Below are positions 25,816 to 35,555 of a stretch of 64,000 bases of DNA, one piece after another. Every line of letters begins with the position of its first letter. Positions within the stretch are counted from its first letter, which is position 1. The notes under the pieces are model-generated. The model was not told where the DNA came from. It did not search any database and saw only the letters and a list, made by a program, of their open reading frames with translations. The stretch lies in the IMG/VR virus record IMGVR_UViG_3300032250_000289; one strand, written 5' to 3'. A program made the translations under genes and the position numbers. The stretch comes from an uncultured virus (IMG/VR IMGVR_UViG_3300032250_000289) (lineage: Duplodnaviria; Heunggongvirae; Uroviricota; Caudoviricetes).

Positions 25816-26346
25816 ATGAAAATAGTAGAGACAGCACTATCTGTATCAACGTCAGTTGAAACTTCCCTATCTATTACCAAAAATACAGAAATTTCATTAG
25901 ATTTATACCTTGGTGATCAACCATTATTAGTAACAACCACATTAGCTCCACTTGGTTTTGGAAATGGAAATACTCAGTGGAATAACGAAAACTTTGTTGG
26001 ATATGGCAATTACATCAATCCTTATAGAACAAATATTGTAGACTCCCAATCAGTATACTGGGCTTCAAAACAAATAACAATAAATGGATATGTCAAATTA
26101 AGCTGGGATACTTTATCTCTATCTAGCTGTAATTATGATTATTTAGCCATAGGTTTATCAAATAATGCAAATAATTCAGTATTTAGTTATTATAATCCAA
26201 CATATACTTGGAGATGTACCCCCCAAACAACTCCAGTAGTTATTCCAGTTACGTCTGGACAATATTTAGTTTTACAGCCAGATTCTACTGCCACCTTTAC
26301 AAATCTAAAAATATGGTGGTCAACCTTGTCTGGAACCTCAAATTAA
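25816..26346 (+). CDS. hypothetical tail-region protein
   Basis: S/T/N-rich beta-type sequence. Confidence 0.6.
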   Translation: MKIVETALSVSTSVETSLSITKNTEISLDLYLGDQPLLVTTTLAPLGFGNGNTQWNNENFVGYGNYINPYRTNIVDSQSVYWASKQITINGYVKLSWDTLSLSSCNYDYLAIGLSNNANNSVFSYYNPTYTWRCTPQTTPVVIPVTSGQYLVLQPDSTATFTNLKIWWSTLSGTSN

Positions 26347-26358
26347 TAGGAACATATT

Positions 26359-26571
26359 ATGATTTTAAGAACAGATGTTTTTCCAGATGGTGTAATTATA
26401 GTTAGGATCAAACAAGATTCCACCGATATAAATGGCACCCCCATTAGTGGATTAGAAAAAATAGTATTTATGCCAAATGGTAGTTTACCATCTTCAGATT
26501 ATCCTCAAGCTTTGTCTATAGCTCAAATTTTATGGACACCAGAAGTTATTAATAATTTTCAACCAAGTTAA
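26359..26571 (+). CDS. hypothetical tail-region protein
   Basis: ..IAQILWTPEVI motif; SD present. Confidence 0.55.
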   Translation: MILRTDVFPDGVIIVRIKQDSTDINGTPISGLEKIVFMPNGSLPSSDYPQALSIAQILWTPEVINNFQPS

Positions 26572-26583
26572 TAAAGGTATATT

Positions 26584-26868
26584 ATGTCAAAATATCCTAG
26601 TATTCTTTTAAGAAAAGGCACCAATAGTCAATTTGTTGCCGCTGGCACAATTTTAGCATCTGGAGAACCAGCTTTTGCCACAGACACAAAAGAACTAAAA
26701 ATTGGTGACGGAACAACTAGCTGGGCATCTTTAGATAGTGCGTTTGTTTATAGCATAACGGCTGGAATTACTGGCGGGGCTGTAATAAATAATGTTGTAA
26801 AAATTAGCCAAGTGAATTATGATAATCTAACAACAAAAGACGCAAACACTCTCTATCTAATAGGTTAA
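26584..26868 (+). CDS. short tail-fibre N-domain protein
   Basis: ILLRKG..LASGEPAFATDTKELKIGDG; YDNLTTKDANTLYLI. Confidence 0.7.
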   Translation: MSKYPSILLRKGTNSQFVAAGTILASGEPAFATDTKELKIGDGTTSWASLDSAFVYSITAGITGGAVINNVVKISQVNYDNLTTKDANTLYLIG

Positions 26869-26869
26869 T

Positions 26870-27904
26870 ATGAGTATAAAAATTGGAACTACCGATATTC
26901 TCAAAGCATACGTGGGTAGCACACAAATATCTGCCATGTATGTTGGTAGTTCTTTAGTATATACTTCTGGTACAACTACCACAACAACGACTACCACTAC
27001 AGCAGCGCCAACCACCACAACTACTACCACCACGACTACAACAACGACTACCACTACAGCAGCGCCAACAACAACAACCACCACAACAACGACAACCACA
27101 ACTGCTGGCCCATTATTGTCAATCGCTAGAAACAATGGGTCAAGCACATTTACCGGTAACGGAACTTCTGGAAGTCCATATGCTCGCGTAGCCGGTATAT
27201 ATATCGATGAAGTAGATGGTCTAAGTCGATATTCTTGGACTGCCGGAGGCTCGGGTACAGTTTATTTATCTTTCCAATATAGTGACGATTCAGATAGTGG
27301 ACAATCTAGATCGATCAGAAAAAATAGTATTGCCGTATCAACAGCAAACGGAGACGCTGTTAATGTAACAGTATCTGTTGTAAGTGGCGATGTAATTACT
27401 ATTACTGCTACTGGAGACCAAAGTAATCAGTATTTTGCTAATGTAAGTATTTACGCGATTTCTACAGCAACAACCACTACCACCACCACAACCACAACTA
27501 CAGCAGCTCCTACAACGACCACCACGACTACGGCTGCACCAAGCAAGGTGTTTAGCATCATCGGAGTCAGTAACGGAACTGTCTCGGGAGCAGGAACATC
27601 TACCATCACTCTTACTAGAACAGTGAATTCGGGAGAGTTAGGAGTCTCATTTACGATTCCCGCTGGAACATTAACAATTGCAAAAACGACTGCTGGAAAT
27701 TTTACTGGATTACTATCGTCAACAACAGACATTGGATTACCGGGTACATTCCTCTATAAGGATGGTACATATTTCGCTAGTTTTCCAAACAATCCCGCCA
27801 ATTCTGTATCGGGAAATGTTCCAGCTATGACAGCAGGGTGGAATGCAACAGGTAATATTTCTGATATACCCGTAGGAGCGTCAGTCACTCTGACGATTAC
27901 GTAA
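26870..27904 (+). CDS. Thr-rich (mucin-like) adhesin/fibre protein
   Basis: Two poly-Thr/AAP linkers separating beta modules. Confidence 0.75.
   Translation: MSIKIGTTDILKAYVGSTQISAMYVGSSLVYTSGTTTTTTTTTTAAPTTTTTTTTTTTTTTTTAAPTTTTTTTTTTTTAGPLLSIARNNGSSTFTGNGTSGSPYARVAGIYIDEVDGLSRYSWTAGGSGTVYLSFQYSDDSDSGQSRSIRKNSIAVSTANGDAVNVTVSVVSGDVITITATGDQSNQYFANVSIYAISTATTTTTTTTTTTAAPTTTTTTTAAPSKVFSIIGVSNGTVSGAGTSTITLTRTVNSGELGVSFTIPAGTLTIAKTTAGNFTGLLSSTTDIGLPGTFLYKDGTYFASFPNNPANSVSGNVPAMTAGWNATGNISDIPVGASVTLTIT
26972..27103 (+). repeat. poly-Thr/AAP repeat
   Basis: ACN codon run with GCAGCGCCA spacers; ACAACAACGACTACCACTACAGCAGCGCCAAC repeated. Confidence 0.9.
27470..27532 (+). repeat. poly-Thr/AAP repeat
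   Basis: ACN codon run. Confidence 0.85.
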
Positions 27905-27908
27905 TATT

Positions 27909-28445
27909 ATGAATGGTGCAAAAATAACATCTCCAAATAATCGTCGCTTTGCTCTGGTAGCTCGCAGTGGCAGCTACAGTATCGTATGGCAGGCGCTCCC
28001 AGAAGGTAATCGCGTTCCAGATAACACTAAAGCCCCAAGAGGACGGTGGCACCCCATCAGCGCAGCCGGAATTATTGCCTCTCCACTCGCAGATAACGAA
28101 CCGGCAGATGGACTGTGCTGCATGGTGCGCGATCCCGTTGAGCGATTTCGCTCTGCTTGTGCTAGGCAAGGTATTAGCGTTGCAGAAGGATTAGAGCGAA
28201 AGGATTCTGATGTTCATTTCTGGACTTTATCTAGCATGGGTCTGTTAGAACAGGGTGTGACATATTTCCGATTTCCCGATCAGCTTGATGCGTGCGCAGA
28301 GTGGCTAGGACTAGAAACACCAGTTCCGCAAACCAACGACGAGTATGAATCATCCAAACCGACATTAACGCAAGAGCAAGAAAATATAGTTAGACAAATC
28401 TATGCTGATGACATACTATTGTGGGAATCTCTTCAAACAAACTAA
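27909..28445 (+). CDS. sulfotransferase-family-like protein
   Basis: VARSGSYSI (5'-PSB-like), MVRDPVERFRSA (3'-PB-like), VRQIYADDILLW. Confidence 0.65.
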   Translation: MNGAKITSPNNRRFALVARSGSYSIVWQALPEGNRVPDNTKAPRGRWHPISAAGIIASPLADNEPADGLCCMVRDPVERFRSACARQGISVAEGLERKDSDVHFWTLSSMGLLEQGVTYFRFPDQLDACAEWLGLETPVPQTNDEYESSKPTLTQEQENIVRQIYADDILLWESLQTN

Positions 28446-28456
28446 GGAGTTAAATC

Positions 28457-28684
28457 GTGGCAATAACAACAGTAGACGTAGTAAGAAATGTAGTATCTGG
28501 GGTGGAAGTTATCCACAACGGTAATATAGTTACTGGTTGTCTAAAAACTGGCGTATATTCAATTCAAACAAGTGGAGCAATGTCAGATGACAACACTATA
28601 ACCTATGCAAACTTAGAAACTAAACTAACTAACAGATTTGATAATGTTAGTTTTTACAATAGCGTTGACGGGGGCGCACCATGA
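28457..28684 (+). CDS. hypothetical protein
   Basis: TAAGGAG SD, GTG start. Confidence 0.6.
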   Translation: MAITTVDVVRNVVSGVEVIHNGNIVTGCLKTGVYSIQTSGAMSDDNTITYANLETKLTNRFDNVSFYNSVDGGAP

Positions 28685-28983
28685 AAAAATATCTAGTAAT
28701 ATTAGCACTTTTATGTGGTTGCAATAATAATTTATGTAATTCTCTTCCAACGGAAGAAATTACTGATATGTATGCATCATACATAGATGATTGGAAACGC
28801 GGGGCTAAATTAGCTTTTGATGATGCTGAACTTAAAATATTCCAAGTTAATCCAAAACCTGTAATCATTGATGATACCAATCCAGACCCAGCAAAATGTG
28901 TTTGTAAAGGAACAGGAGTCATTGTCCAAGGAGATGGACACAAAACACCATGTCCATTTCACAGTAAAGCATTAAAAAAATAG
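28681..28983 (+). CDS. putative lipoprotein with Cys motif
   Basis: MKKYLVILALLCGC lipobox; CVCKGTG..GDGHKTPCPFH. Confidence 0.6.
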   Translation: MKKYLVILALLCGCNNNLCNSLPTEEITDMYASYIDDWKRGAKLAFDDAELKIFQVNPKPVIIDDTNPDPAKCVCKGTGVIVQGDGHKTPCPFHSKALKK

Positions 28984-28992
28984 GAGAGAGTT

Positions 28993-29301
28993 ATGAATCT
29001 AGAAACTATAACAAAGATTTTGTCCATTCCAGCTTTAATACTAGGATTGCTAGTGCTGGGTTCTAATTTTATTGACGTTAATTATTGGATATCAAAAATG
29101 TTACTTAGCACACCAAAAGTACCAAAAACACCAAAAGTTAATAAAGATACTGGATTTTTGGAAATTGTTGACTTGTGGTATCAGCTAAGAAATAAGTGTG
29201 AAGCTTACGAGCTTTCTTCTGCTTTAGAAAAGCTTGATGAAGTATTCCCATTATTAAATGACAAAATTGAAACCACCATAACAGAGGTTAAAAATGTTTA
29301 A
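28993..29301 (+). CDS. membrane protein
   Basis: N-terminal TM, Pro/Lys linker. Confidence 0.6.
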   Translation: MNLETITKILSIPALILGLLVLGSNFIDVNYWISKMLLSTPKVPKTPKVNKDTGFLEIVDLWYQLRNKCEAYELSSALEKLDEVFPLLNDKIETTITEVKNV

Positions 29302-29755
29302 AAACATTATTGCAGTAATTCTGATTGCTATTGGGTTAGCTGGTTCTGGATGGATAAAGCTTCCGGTTGTAACCCCAAAACCAAAACCAGAACCTGTAAC
29401 TATACTTAATATCGATAAGCCATCACAGAATATTATAGATAAGGTTCAGAAATTTTCTACCCTTATCAAAGACCCAACAGATAGAGCAAAAATTGCTATT
29501 TTTAATTATGAGTTTTCAACAAAGGTTGTAAATTATGAAGCTAATTTGCAGCAAGTAAATGATGTGTATACTCTAGCTGGAAAAACATTTTTCCAAAATA
29601 GCATAGTTGGAAAATATACTGGATTAAGCGATATGTTAGTAGAACTATTAAAAGAATCTACTGGTGATAAAAACCATATTTTAACTGAAAAAGAAAAAAC
29701 CGACATTCATGATAATTTCATGGGCGTTGCTTGGGCATTAATACAGAAAGAATAA
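29294..29755 (+). CDS. membrane-anchored/secreted protein
   Basis: N-terminal hydrophobic helix, PKPKPEP linker. Confidence 0.6.
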   Translation: MFKNIIAVILIAIGLAGSGWIKLPVVTPKPKPEPVTILNIDKPSQNIIDKVQKFSTLIKDPTDRAKIAIFNYEFSTKVVNYEANLQQVNDVYTLAGKTFFQNSIVGKYTGLSDMLVELLKESTGDKNHILTEKEKTDIHDNFMGVAWALIQKE

Positions 29756-29757
29756 TT

Positions 29758-30393
29758 ATGTCAATAGATATAGAACAGATTAAAAAAATAGTCCACGATC
29801 TATTTTCTAAGGATGGATATAAGATAAATAATTTTGGAGTTAGTTGCCCAAATGATTTGGGAATTAATGTCAAAAAAAATGATGATTCTATAGACATTTT
29901 ATTCACAAAAAGTCTCCCAACAGCATTTCTTGAAAAATTTATCAAGTTTAGCGTGTCCCTTCAAGGAGTTAGCTTGGGTCTAACAAAAGGATATATAAGA
30001 CTTAAAAATTTTCCAGATATTCCAATCAACTATGGCGTTAAAAATCAAGATATCATGTCATCTTCAAATTACGTTAACGTAGACGATATTTATTCTGATA
30101 TAGAGAACGAATACCAAGACGAAGGTAGAAAAAAAATTGCCCAAAAGGCTTTGCAATATGCGTCTGAATGGACTACAATAGTCTGTTCGAACGGAGTGGA
30201 CTTAAAGGGTGCGAAACCGCTTGAAAGACGCAAACTTAAAAAACAGTGCTGCCAATTCGTAAAAGAAAATATTCAAAACGAAAAAGATAATTATGGATTC
30301 GCAATACTTGGCACCATAGTTTTATTTTATATACTACCTATCGTAATTGGTTGGGTAGTAACAAAGCTGTTGAATAAGTGGTGGGATGGCTAA
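29758..30393 (+). CDS. hypothetical protein with C-terminal TM
   Basis: YGFAILGTIVLFYILPIVIGWVV. Confidence 0.6.
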   Translation: MSIDIEQIKKIVHDLFSKDGYKINNFGVSCPNDLGINVKKNDDSIDILFTKSLPTAFLEKFIKFSVSLQGVSLGLTKGYIRLKNFPDIPINYGVKNQDIMSSSNYVNVDDIYSDIENEYQDEGRKKIAQKALQYASEWTTIVCSNGVDLKGAKPLERRKLKKQCCQFVKENIQNEKDNYGFAILGTIVLFYILPIVIGWVVTKLLNKWWDG

Positions 30394-30426
30394 TATTCAT
30401 TTTAATATACAACACATAGGGATAAT

Positions 30427-32655
30427 ATGCAAGTACAGAAAAGAAACGGATCTTTGGAAAAGTATAATGTTGAAAAAATTCATAAAGTAGTTGAATGGGC
30501 GATTAAGGATATCGCTAACGTTTCTTGGTCAGATATTGAGATGAATGCTAATCTATCTCTGCACGATGGAATAACAACAAAAGATATTCATCAGGTATTG
30601 ATTAAGTCTGCCAACGACTTAACCTCAACGTCTAAGCCCAACTACCAATACGTTGCATCTAGACTATTGAATATGTCTTTACGCAAAGACTTGTGGGAAA
30701 AATATGATAGCCCACCATCTTTAACACAGCACATAGAATCCAACATAGAAAAAGATATCTACGATCCTGCATTATACACAAAGTGGTCAGCAAAAGATAT
30801 CAAGAAAATTGAATCTTCTATAGATCATGATCGTGACTATCTTTATACATATGCTGGACTACAGCAGATGATAGACAAATATCTAGTTAAGAATAGAGCA
30901 ACTGGACAAATGTACGAAACGCCACAGTTTGCATACATGGCAATTGCTATGGCTTTATTTGACTCTGTAGAAGAAGTTAAAGAAGCGTATGAATGCTTTT
31001 CTACATTTAAAATTAACCTCCCAACACCTATCATGGCGGGAGTTAGAACTAAAATTAAACAGTTCGCCAGTTGTGTATTGGTGGACGTTGATGATGATTT
31101 AAATTCTATTTTTTCTAGTATTCATGCCGTTGGTAAATATACTGCTCGTCGTGCGGGTATTGGTTTAAATATTGGACGTATTCGCCCCATTAATTCAAGT
31201 ATTCGCGGTGGAGAAGTTATCCATACCGGACTTATTCCATATCTTAAGATTTTCGAATCTACAGTCAAAGCAACGAGTCAGAATGGTATTCGTGGAGGTT
31301 CCGCGACTGTTCATATTCCATTCTGGCATTATGAAATTGAGGATGTTGTTTGTTTAAAGAATAACGCTGGTACCGACGATAACAGAGTACGAAAGCTAGA
31401 CTATTCCGTTCAATTTAATAAGCTGTTTTATGAACGACTAATTAAAAATGAGGACATAACTCTATTTAGTCCAGAAGAAACCTGTGGCTTATATAGTTCT
31501 ATGAACAATAATGAAGATTTCAAAAAACTATATGAGAAATATGAGAATTCTAGACACGTTAAAATGAAGAAGAAAGTAAATGCTAGAAAGCTAGCTGAGA
31601 TTTTCACAAAAGAAAGATTAGAAACTGGACGTATTTATGTAATGAATATTGATAATGCTAATGAACATGGATCATGGGATGTTCCAGTATATATGAGCAA
31701 TCTCTGTCAGGAGATTATTCACCCCACTAAGCCAATTAAGTCTATAGATGACAAAGATGGCGAGATTGGTATTTGTATTTTGTCGGCACTTAATCTACTA
31801 GAACTAGAAAATGATCATGAGATTGAGTTAGCCTGTGCTATCGCTGTTAAAACTTTAGAAAGCATTATCGATTATCAAGATTATCCAGTAGCTGCTGGTG
31901 AAAACTTTACTAAAAATAGAAGATCACTTGGCATTGGCATAACCAATTTTGCAGCATTTTTGGCAAAACATAAGTTAAAATACGATGATGAAAACACTCT
32001 AAAGCTCGTACACGAAACGATGGAAAAAATACAGTGGCACCTATTAAATGAGTCATGTAAGTTGGCAGAAGTAAAAGGACCATGTGCTAAATTTAATGAT
32101 ACAAAGTACTCCAAGGGTTTACTTCCAGTAGACTGGTACAAAAAGACAGTTGACGAACTGGTAAAGCCAGAGTACAATATGGATTGGGAAGGTCTTAGAG
32201 CAAGAATCAAAACTCATGGGCTAAGACATTCAACCCTCACCGCCATAATGCCCTGTGAGTCCTCTAGCGTCATCCAGAACAGCACAAATGGTATTGAACC
32301 TGTCAGGAACCTAGTTTCTTATAAAAAGGCTAAAAACGGCATCCTAAAGCAATTGGTGCCAAACTACTCCTCACGTAAGAACTATTATTCATTAGCTTGG
32401 GATATGAAAGATAATAAGGCTATACTAAATATTAGTGCAGTGTTACAAAAATTTGTTGATATGAGCATTAGTATAAATCTATACTATAACTACTCTCATT
32501 TTCAAGATGGCAACATACCTTTAAGTGTATTAATTAAGGACCAGATATATGGTTTCAAATATGGAATTAAAAACTTTTACTACTGTAACACTCCAGATGG
32601 AGATGGCCAAACTGAGAAATCTTCTAATTGTGAATCTGGATCATGCACCCTATAA
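30427..32655 (+). CDS. nrdA: ribonucleotide reductase class Ia alpha subunit
   Basis: ATP-cone VQKRNG, PTPIMAGVRT, QFASCVL, SNLCQEI, MPCESSS, C-terminal CESGSC. Confidence 0.96.
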   Translation: MQVQKRNGSLEKYNVEKIHKVVEWAIKDIANVSWSDIEMNANLSLHDGITTKDIHQVLIKSANDLTSTSKPNYQYVASRLLNMSLRKDLWEKYDSPPSLTQHIESNIEKDIYDPALYTKWSAKDIKKIESSIDHDRDYLYTYAGLQQMIDKYLVKNRATGQMYETPQFAYMAIAMALFDSVEEVKEAYECFSTFKINLPTPIMAGVRTKIKQFASCVLVDVDDDLNSIFSSIHAVGKYTARRAGIGLNIGRIRPINSSIRGGEVIHTGLIPYLKIFESTVKATSQNGIRGGSATVHIPFWHYEIEDVVCLKNNAGTDDNRVRKLDYSVQFNKLFYERLIKNEDITLFSPEETCGLYSSMNNNEDFKKLYEKYENSRHVKMKKKVNARKLAEIFTKERLETGRIYVMNIDNANEHGSWDVPVYMSNLCQEIIHPTKPIKSIDDKDGEIGICILSALNLLELENDHEIELACAIAVKTLESIIDYQDYPVAAGENFTKNRRSLGIGITNFAAFLAKHKLKYDDENTLKLVHETMEKIQWHLLNESCKLAEVKGPCAKFNDTKYSKGLLPVDWYKKTVDELVKPEYNMDWEGLRARIKTHGLRHSTLTAIMPCESSSVIQNSTNGIEPVRNLVSYKKAKNGILKQLVPNYSSRKNYYSLAWDMKDNKAILNISAVLQKFVDMSISINLYYNYSHFQDGNIPLSVLIKDQIYGFKYGIKNFYYCNTPDGDGQTEKSSNCESGSCTL

Positions 32656-32670
32656 CACAGAAGCAATATA

Positions 32671-33750
32671 ATGAAAACAATTTTAAATCAACACAACGTA
32701 GACTATTTATCACAACCATTATTTCTTGGCGAAGACTTAAGCTTACAGAGATACGATAGGTTTAAATATCCTGTCTTTTTTGATCTCTACAAGAAACAGC
32801 TTGAGTTCTTTTGGCGACCAGAAGAAATTGAACTGAAAAAAGATCGCAACGACTTTAAGAATGACAATGTAATGTCAGAGAACGAACGCTTTATCTTTAC
32901 ATCTAATTTGAAATATCAGACTATGATGGATAGTGTGATTTGTCGCGGTGTTCCAACATTGCTAGAATATGTTTCTAATCCAGAATTAGAGGCGTGTATG
33001 AATGTGTGGCAATTCTTTGAACAAATTCATAGTTATAGCTACACATATATCATTAAAAACGTGTACAATAATCCAACCGAAGTATTAGACAGTTGTTTAA
33101 CAGACAAAGAAATACTAAAAAGGGCGAATGTTGCCATAAAAGAGTATAATGCCCTTAGAGATATTAAAAAGTCTGGATCAACAAAAGACATTAAAAAACA
33201 AATATACTTAACGCTGGTTAGTGTAAATATATTAGAAGCTGTTCGTTTTTATGTGTCGTTCATCTGCGCTTTTGCTTTTGCAGAGAATAAGAAAATGATT
33301 GGCAATGCTGACATTGTGAAGCTGATTAAAAGAGATGAGGCTTTGCACCTGTATAATACTCAGGAGATAATTAAAATTTTACGAACAGTGCCAGAAGAAG
33401 GCTTTACCGAAATAGCAGCAGAGTGCGAAGAAGAGGCTTGTAGGATGTTTGAGTCCGCAGCTAATGAGGAAAAAGCTTGGTCATCTTATTTATTTAAAGA
33501 TGGATCAATTATTGGTCTTAATCAAAAGGTGATGGCAGAGTACATTGATTGGCTATGTATGACTAGGCGTAAAAATATTGGTTTACCATACGATAAAGGT
33601 TGTAGAAATCCTATCGGTGGATGGACTGACCCTTGGATGAATAGCGAAGCTGTGCAAGTTGCACCACAAGAACATGAAATTACTTCATACAAAATTGGTG
33701 CTAGCACAAATGATCTTGAAGATACAGACTTTGGAGGACTTGATATATGA
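32671..33750 (+). CDS. nrdB: ribonucleotide reductase class Ia beta subunit
   Basis: FFWRPEE, EQIHSYSY, LEAVRFY, RDEALH, VAPQE. Confidence 0.96.
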   Translation: MKTILNQHNVDYLSQPLFLGEDLSLQRYDRFKYPVFFDLYKKQLEFFWRPEEIELKKDRNDFKNDNVMSENERFIFTSNLKYQTMMDSVICRGVPTLLEYVSNPELEACMNVWQFFEQIHSYSYTYIIKNVYNNPTEVLDSCLTDKEILKRANVAIKEYNALRDIKKSGSTKDIKKQIYLTLVSVNILEAVRFYVSFICAFAFAENKKMIGNADIVKLIKRDEALHLYNTQEIIKILRTVPEEGFTEIAAECEEEACRMFESAANEEKAWSSYLFKDGSIIGLNQKVMAEYIDWLCMTRRKNIGLPYDKGCRNPIGGWTDPWMNSEAVQVAPQEHEITSYKIGASTNDLEDTDFGGLDI

Positions 33751-34172
33751 TGAATGTTAGTGTAAAATTGCTAGAAAATAAAGCAACAATGCCAACAAGG
33801 GCTAATACAAATGATGCTGGTTGGGATTTGTATTCAATACTTGATACTATCATTCCACCAAAACAAAGAAAAACTGTCAAAACGGGGATAGCACTTGAGA
33901 TGCCAGAACACATGGCTGGATTAATTTGGCCACGATCTGGATTATCTGTTAAGCAAGGGATAGATGTGTTAGCTGGAGTTGTAGACTCCGGCTATAGAGG
34001 AGAAATCATGGTTTGTTTGTACAATACATCTGATGAAAATGTATCGATAAACTGTGGGGATAGAATCGCGCAGATTATATTCCAAGAGGTTCCTCGCGTC
34101 ATGATGACTAATCAAGAAGAGCTAGGTTCCTCGCAACGGGGAGATAACGGCTTTGGCAGCAGCGGCAAATAA
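33747..34172 (+). CDS. dut: dUTPase
   Basis: AGWDL, PRSGLS, GVVDSGYRGE, RIAQ, RGDNGFGSSG. Confidence 0.96.
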   Translation: MMNVSVKLLENKATMPTRANTNDAGWDLYSILDTIIPPKQRKTVKTGIALEMPEHMAGLIWPRSGLSVKQGIDVLAGVVDSGYRGEIMVCLYNTSDENVSINCGDRIAQIIFQEVPRVMMTNQEELGSSQRGDNGFGSSGK

Positions 34173-34854
34173 AAAATATGACAATTCGAAGAACACCAAC
34201 AAAGATAATCGCAAAAAGCAAAAAGTATCACAGTCAAATGTTCTTGTCGCCAAAACGGAGAATCAAAAAGAATATATTAGATCTATTGTAGAAAATGATG
34301 TTACATTCTGCACTGGACCATCTGGTACTGGCAAATCTTTTATAGCTGCCGGTATTGCCTCCGACCACATTCAAAAGGATAAAATTGATACTATTATTGT
34401 TACTAGACCGTTAGTATGTACTGGTAAAGACATTGGATCATTACCGGGAGAACTTAATGATAAAATCAAACCATATCTTGCCCCAATGGAAGAAAATTTA
34501 AAATACTTCTTAGGAAGAGATAAGTTTGGTCTATATTACAATACTAGAAGAATTCGTTTTGAGCCATTAGAAACTATGAGAGGGGCAACCTTTCATAATG
34601 CCTACATGATTCTTGATGAAGCTCAGAACTGCACCCTTGATCAGATAAAAATGTTTATTACACGAATGGGTGAAAACTCTAAGGTAATAATCAACGGGGA
34701 TACCAAACAGACAGATCTATATAGAGATAGTGGATTATATTTCTGTTTAGAAAGATTAGCTAATATACAAGGAATTGGAATTTGCACTCTAGACTACCAA
34801 GACATCCAAAGAAATGGTATAATAGGAAGGGTGCTGATGGCTTTAGAATCTTAA
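34153..34854 (+). CDS. phoH: PhoH-family ATPase
   Basis: GPSGTGKS, GSLPG, MRGATF, ILDEAQN, GDTKQTD. Confidence 0.93.
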   Translation: MAAAANKKYDNSKNTNKDNRKKQKVSQSNVLVAKTENQKEYIRSIVENDVTFCTGPSGTGKSFIAAGIASDHIQKDKIDTIIVTRPLVCTGKDIGSLPGELNDKIKPYLAPMEENLKYFLGRDKFGLYYNTRRIRFEPLETMRGATFHNAYMILDEAQNCTLDQIKMFITRMGENSKVIINGDTKQTDLYRDSGLYFCLERLANIQGIGICTLDYQDIQRNGIIGRVLMALES

Positions 34855-34863
34855 GGAATTTAT

Positions 34864-35217
34864 ATGTTATATGATTATGAGTGTGAAGAATGCAAGAATG
34901 TCTTAAAGGATGTTTATCAGTCCATCAAGGATGAGGCGTTAGTAAAATGTCCTTCCTGTGGCAAAGAAAGCCTCAGAAGGATAATATATGGTGGGATAGC
35001 TTCATTTATGAAGGATGCTAAGACAATAGGACAGCTTGCGGATAATAATTGGTCTAAATTAGGACACTATAAAAGGTCTGAGATTGAGACTAAACATAAA
35101 GAGAAGAAGGAGAAGGAAACTTCTCCTTTTTCATCTTTTGGTGAAGCTAGCAAAAAAGATATTATGAAAATGAACGAAGCTCAAAAACAGAAATACATAT
35201 TGAAGGGCGAAAAATGA
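34864..35217 (+). CDS. FmdB-like zinc-ribbon protein
   Basis: MLYDYECEEC..KCPSCG..LRRII. Confidence 0.75.
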   Translation: MLYDYECEECKNVLKDVYQSIKDEALVKCPSCGKESLRRIIYGGIASFMKDAKTIGQLADNNWSKLGHYKRSEIETKHKEKKEKETSPFSSFGEASKKDIMKMNEAQKQKYILKGEK

Positions 35218-35555
35218 AATTTATCAACTCAGCTTCAAAATCAGAACCAAAGAAACAGACCGTAGAAGAAAAGTTTAATAAGCTGGGCGAAGTGCCTCAG
35301 TCTGATAGTGAACAAATTTTTGCAAAGGTGCTTGTTATAGATATTGGCAAGGGGAAAATGCAAAAAAAACATATGATCAGAACACACAATAACGCCCCAT
35401 ATGATCCAATTGGTCCAGATAGTCACAGAGAGCTATGGCTTAAGACAGAGCTTAAAAGTGTTTCTCAAGAAACATATGACTATTATATGCTGTATTTAAA
35501 AACAAAGAATTCTCTCTACATGACAAGAACACAGAGGAGCTATATCAATGGCTAA
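35214..35555 (+). CDS. hypothetical phage protein
   Basis: YDPIG..VSQETYDYYMLYLKTKN. Confidence 0.65.
   Translation: MKFINSASKSEPKKQTVEEKFNKLGEVPQSDSEQIFAKVLVIDIGKGKMQKKHMIRTHNNAPYDPIGPDSHRELWLKTELKSVSQETYDYYMLYLKTKNSLYMTRTQRSYING

Noticed and set aside
23591..27463. Diversity-generating retroelement TR/VR pair
   Set aside because: The paralogous modules differ at all base types and include indels; no reverse transcriptase in the window
23437..27732. Minus-strand poly-Val ORFs
   Set aside because: Reverse complements of the poly-Thr tracts
6022..33750. Genome-wide AGA/AGG reassignment to Ser
   Set aside because: Conserved Arg residues use AGR codons (ThyX SQRY uses AGG; NrdA GVRT uses AGA), so the standard code holds
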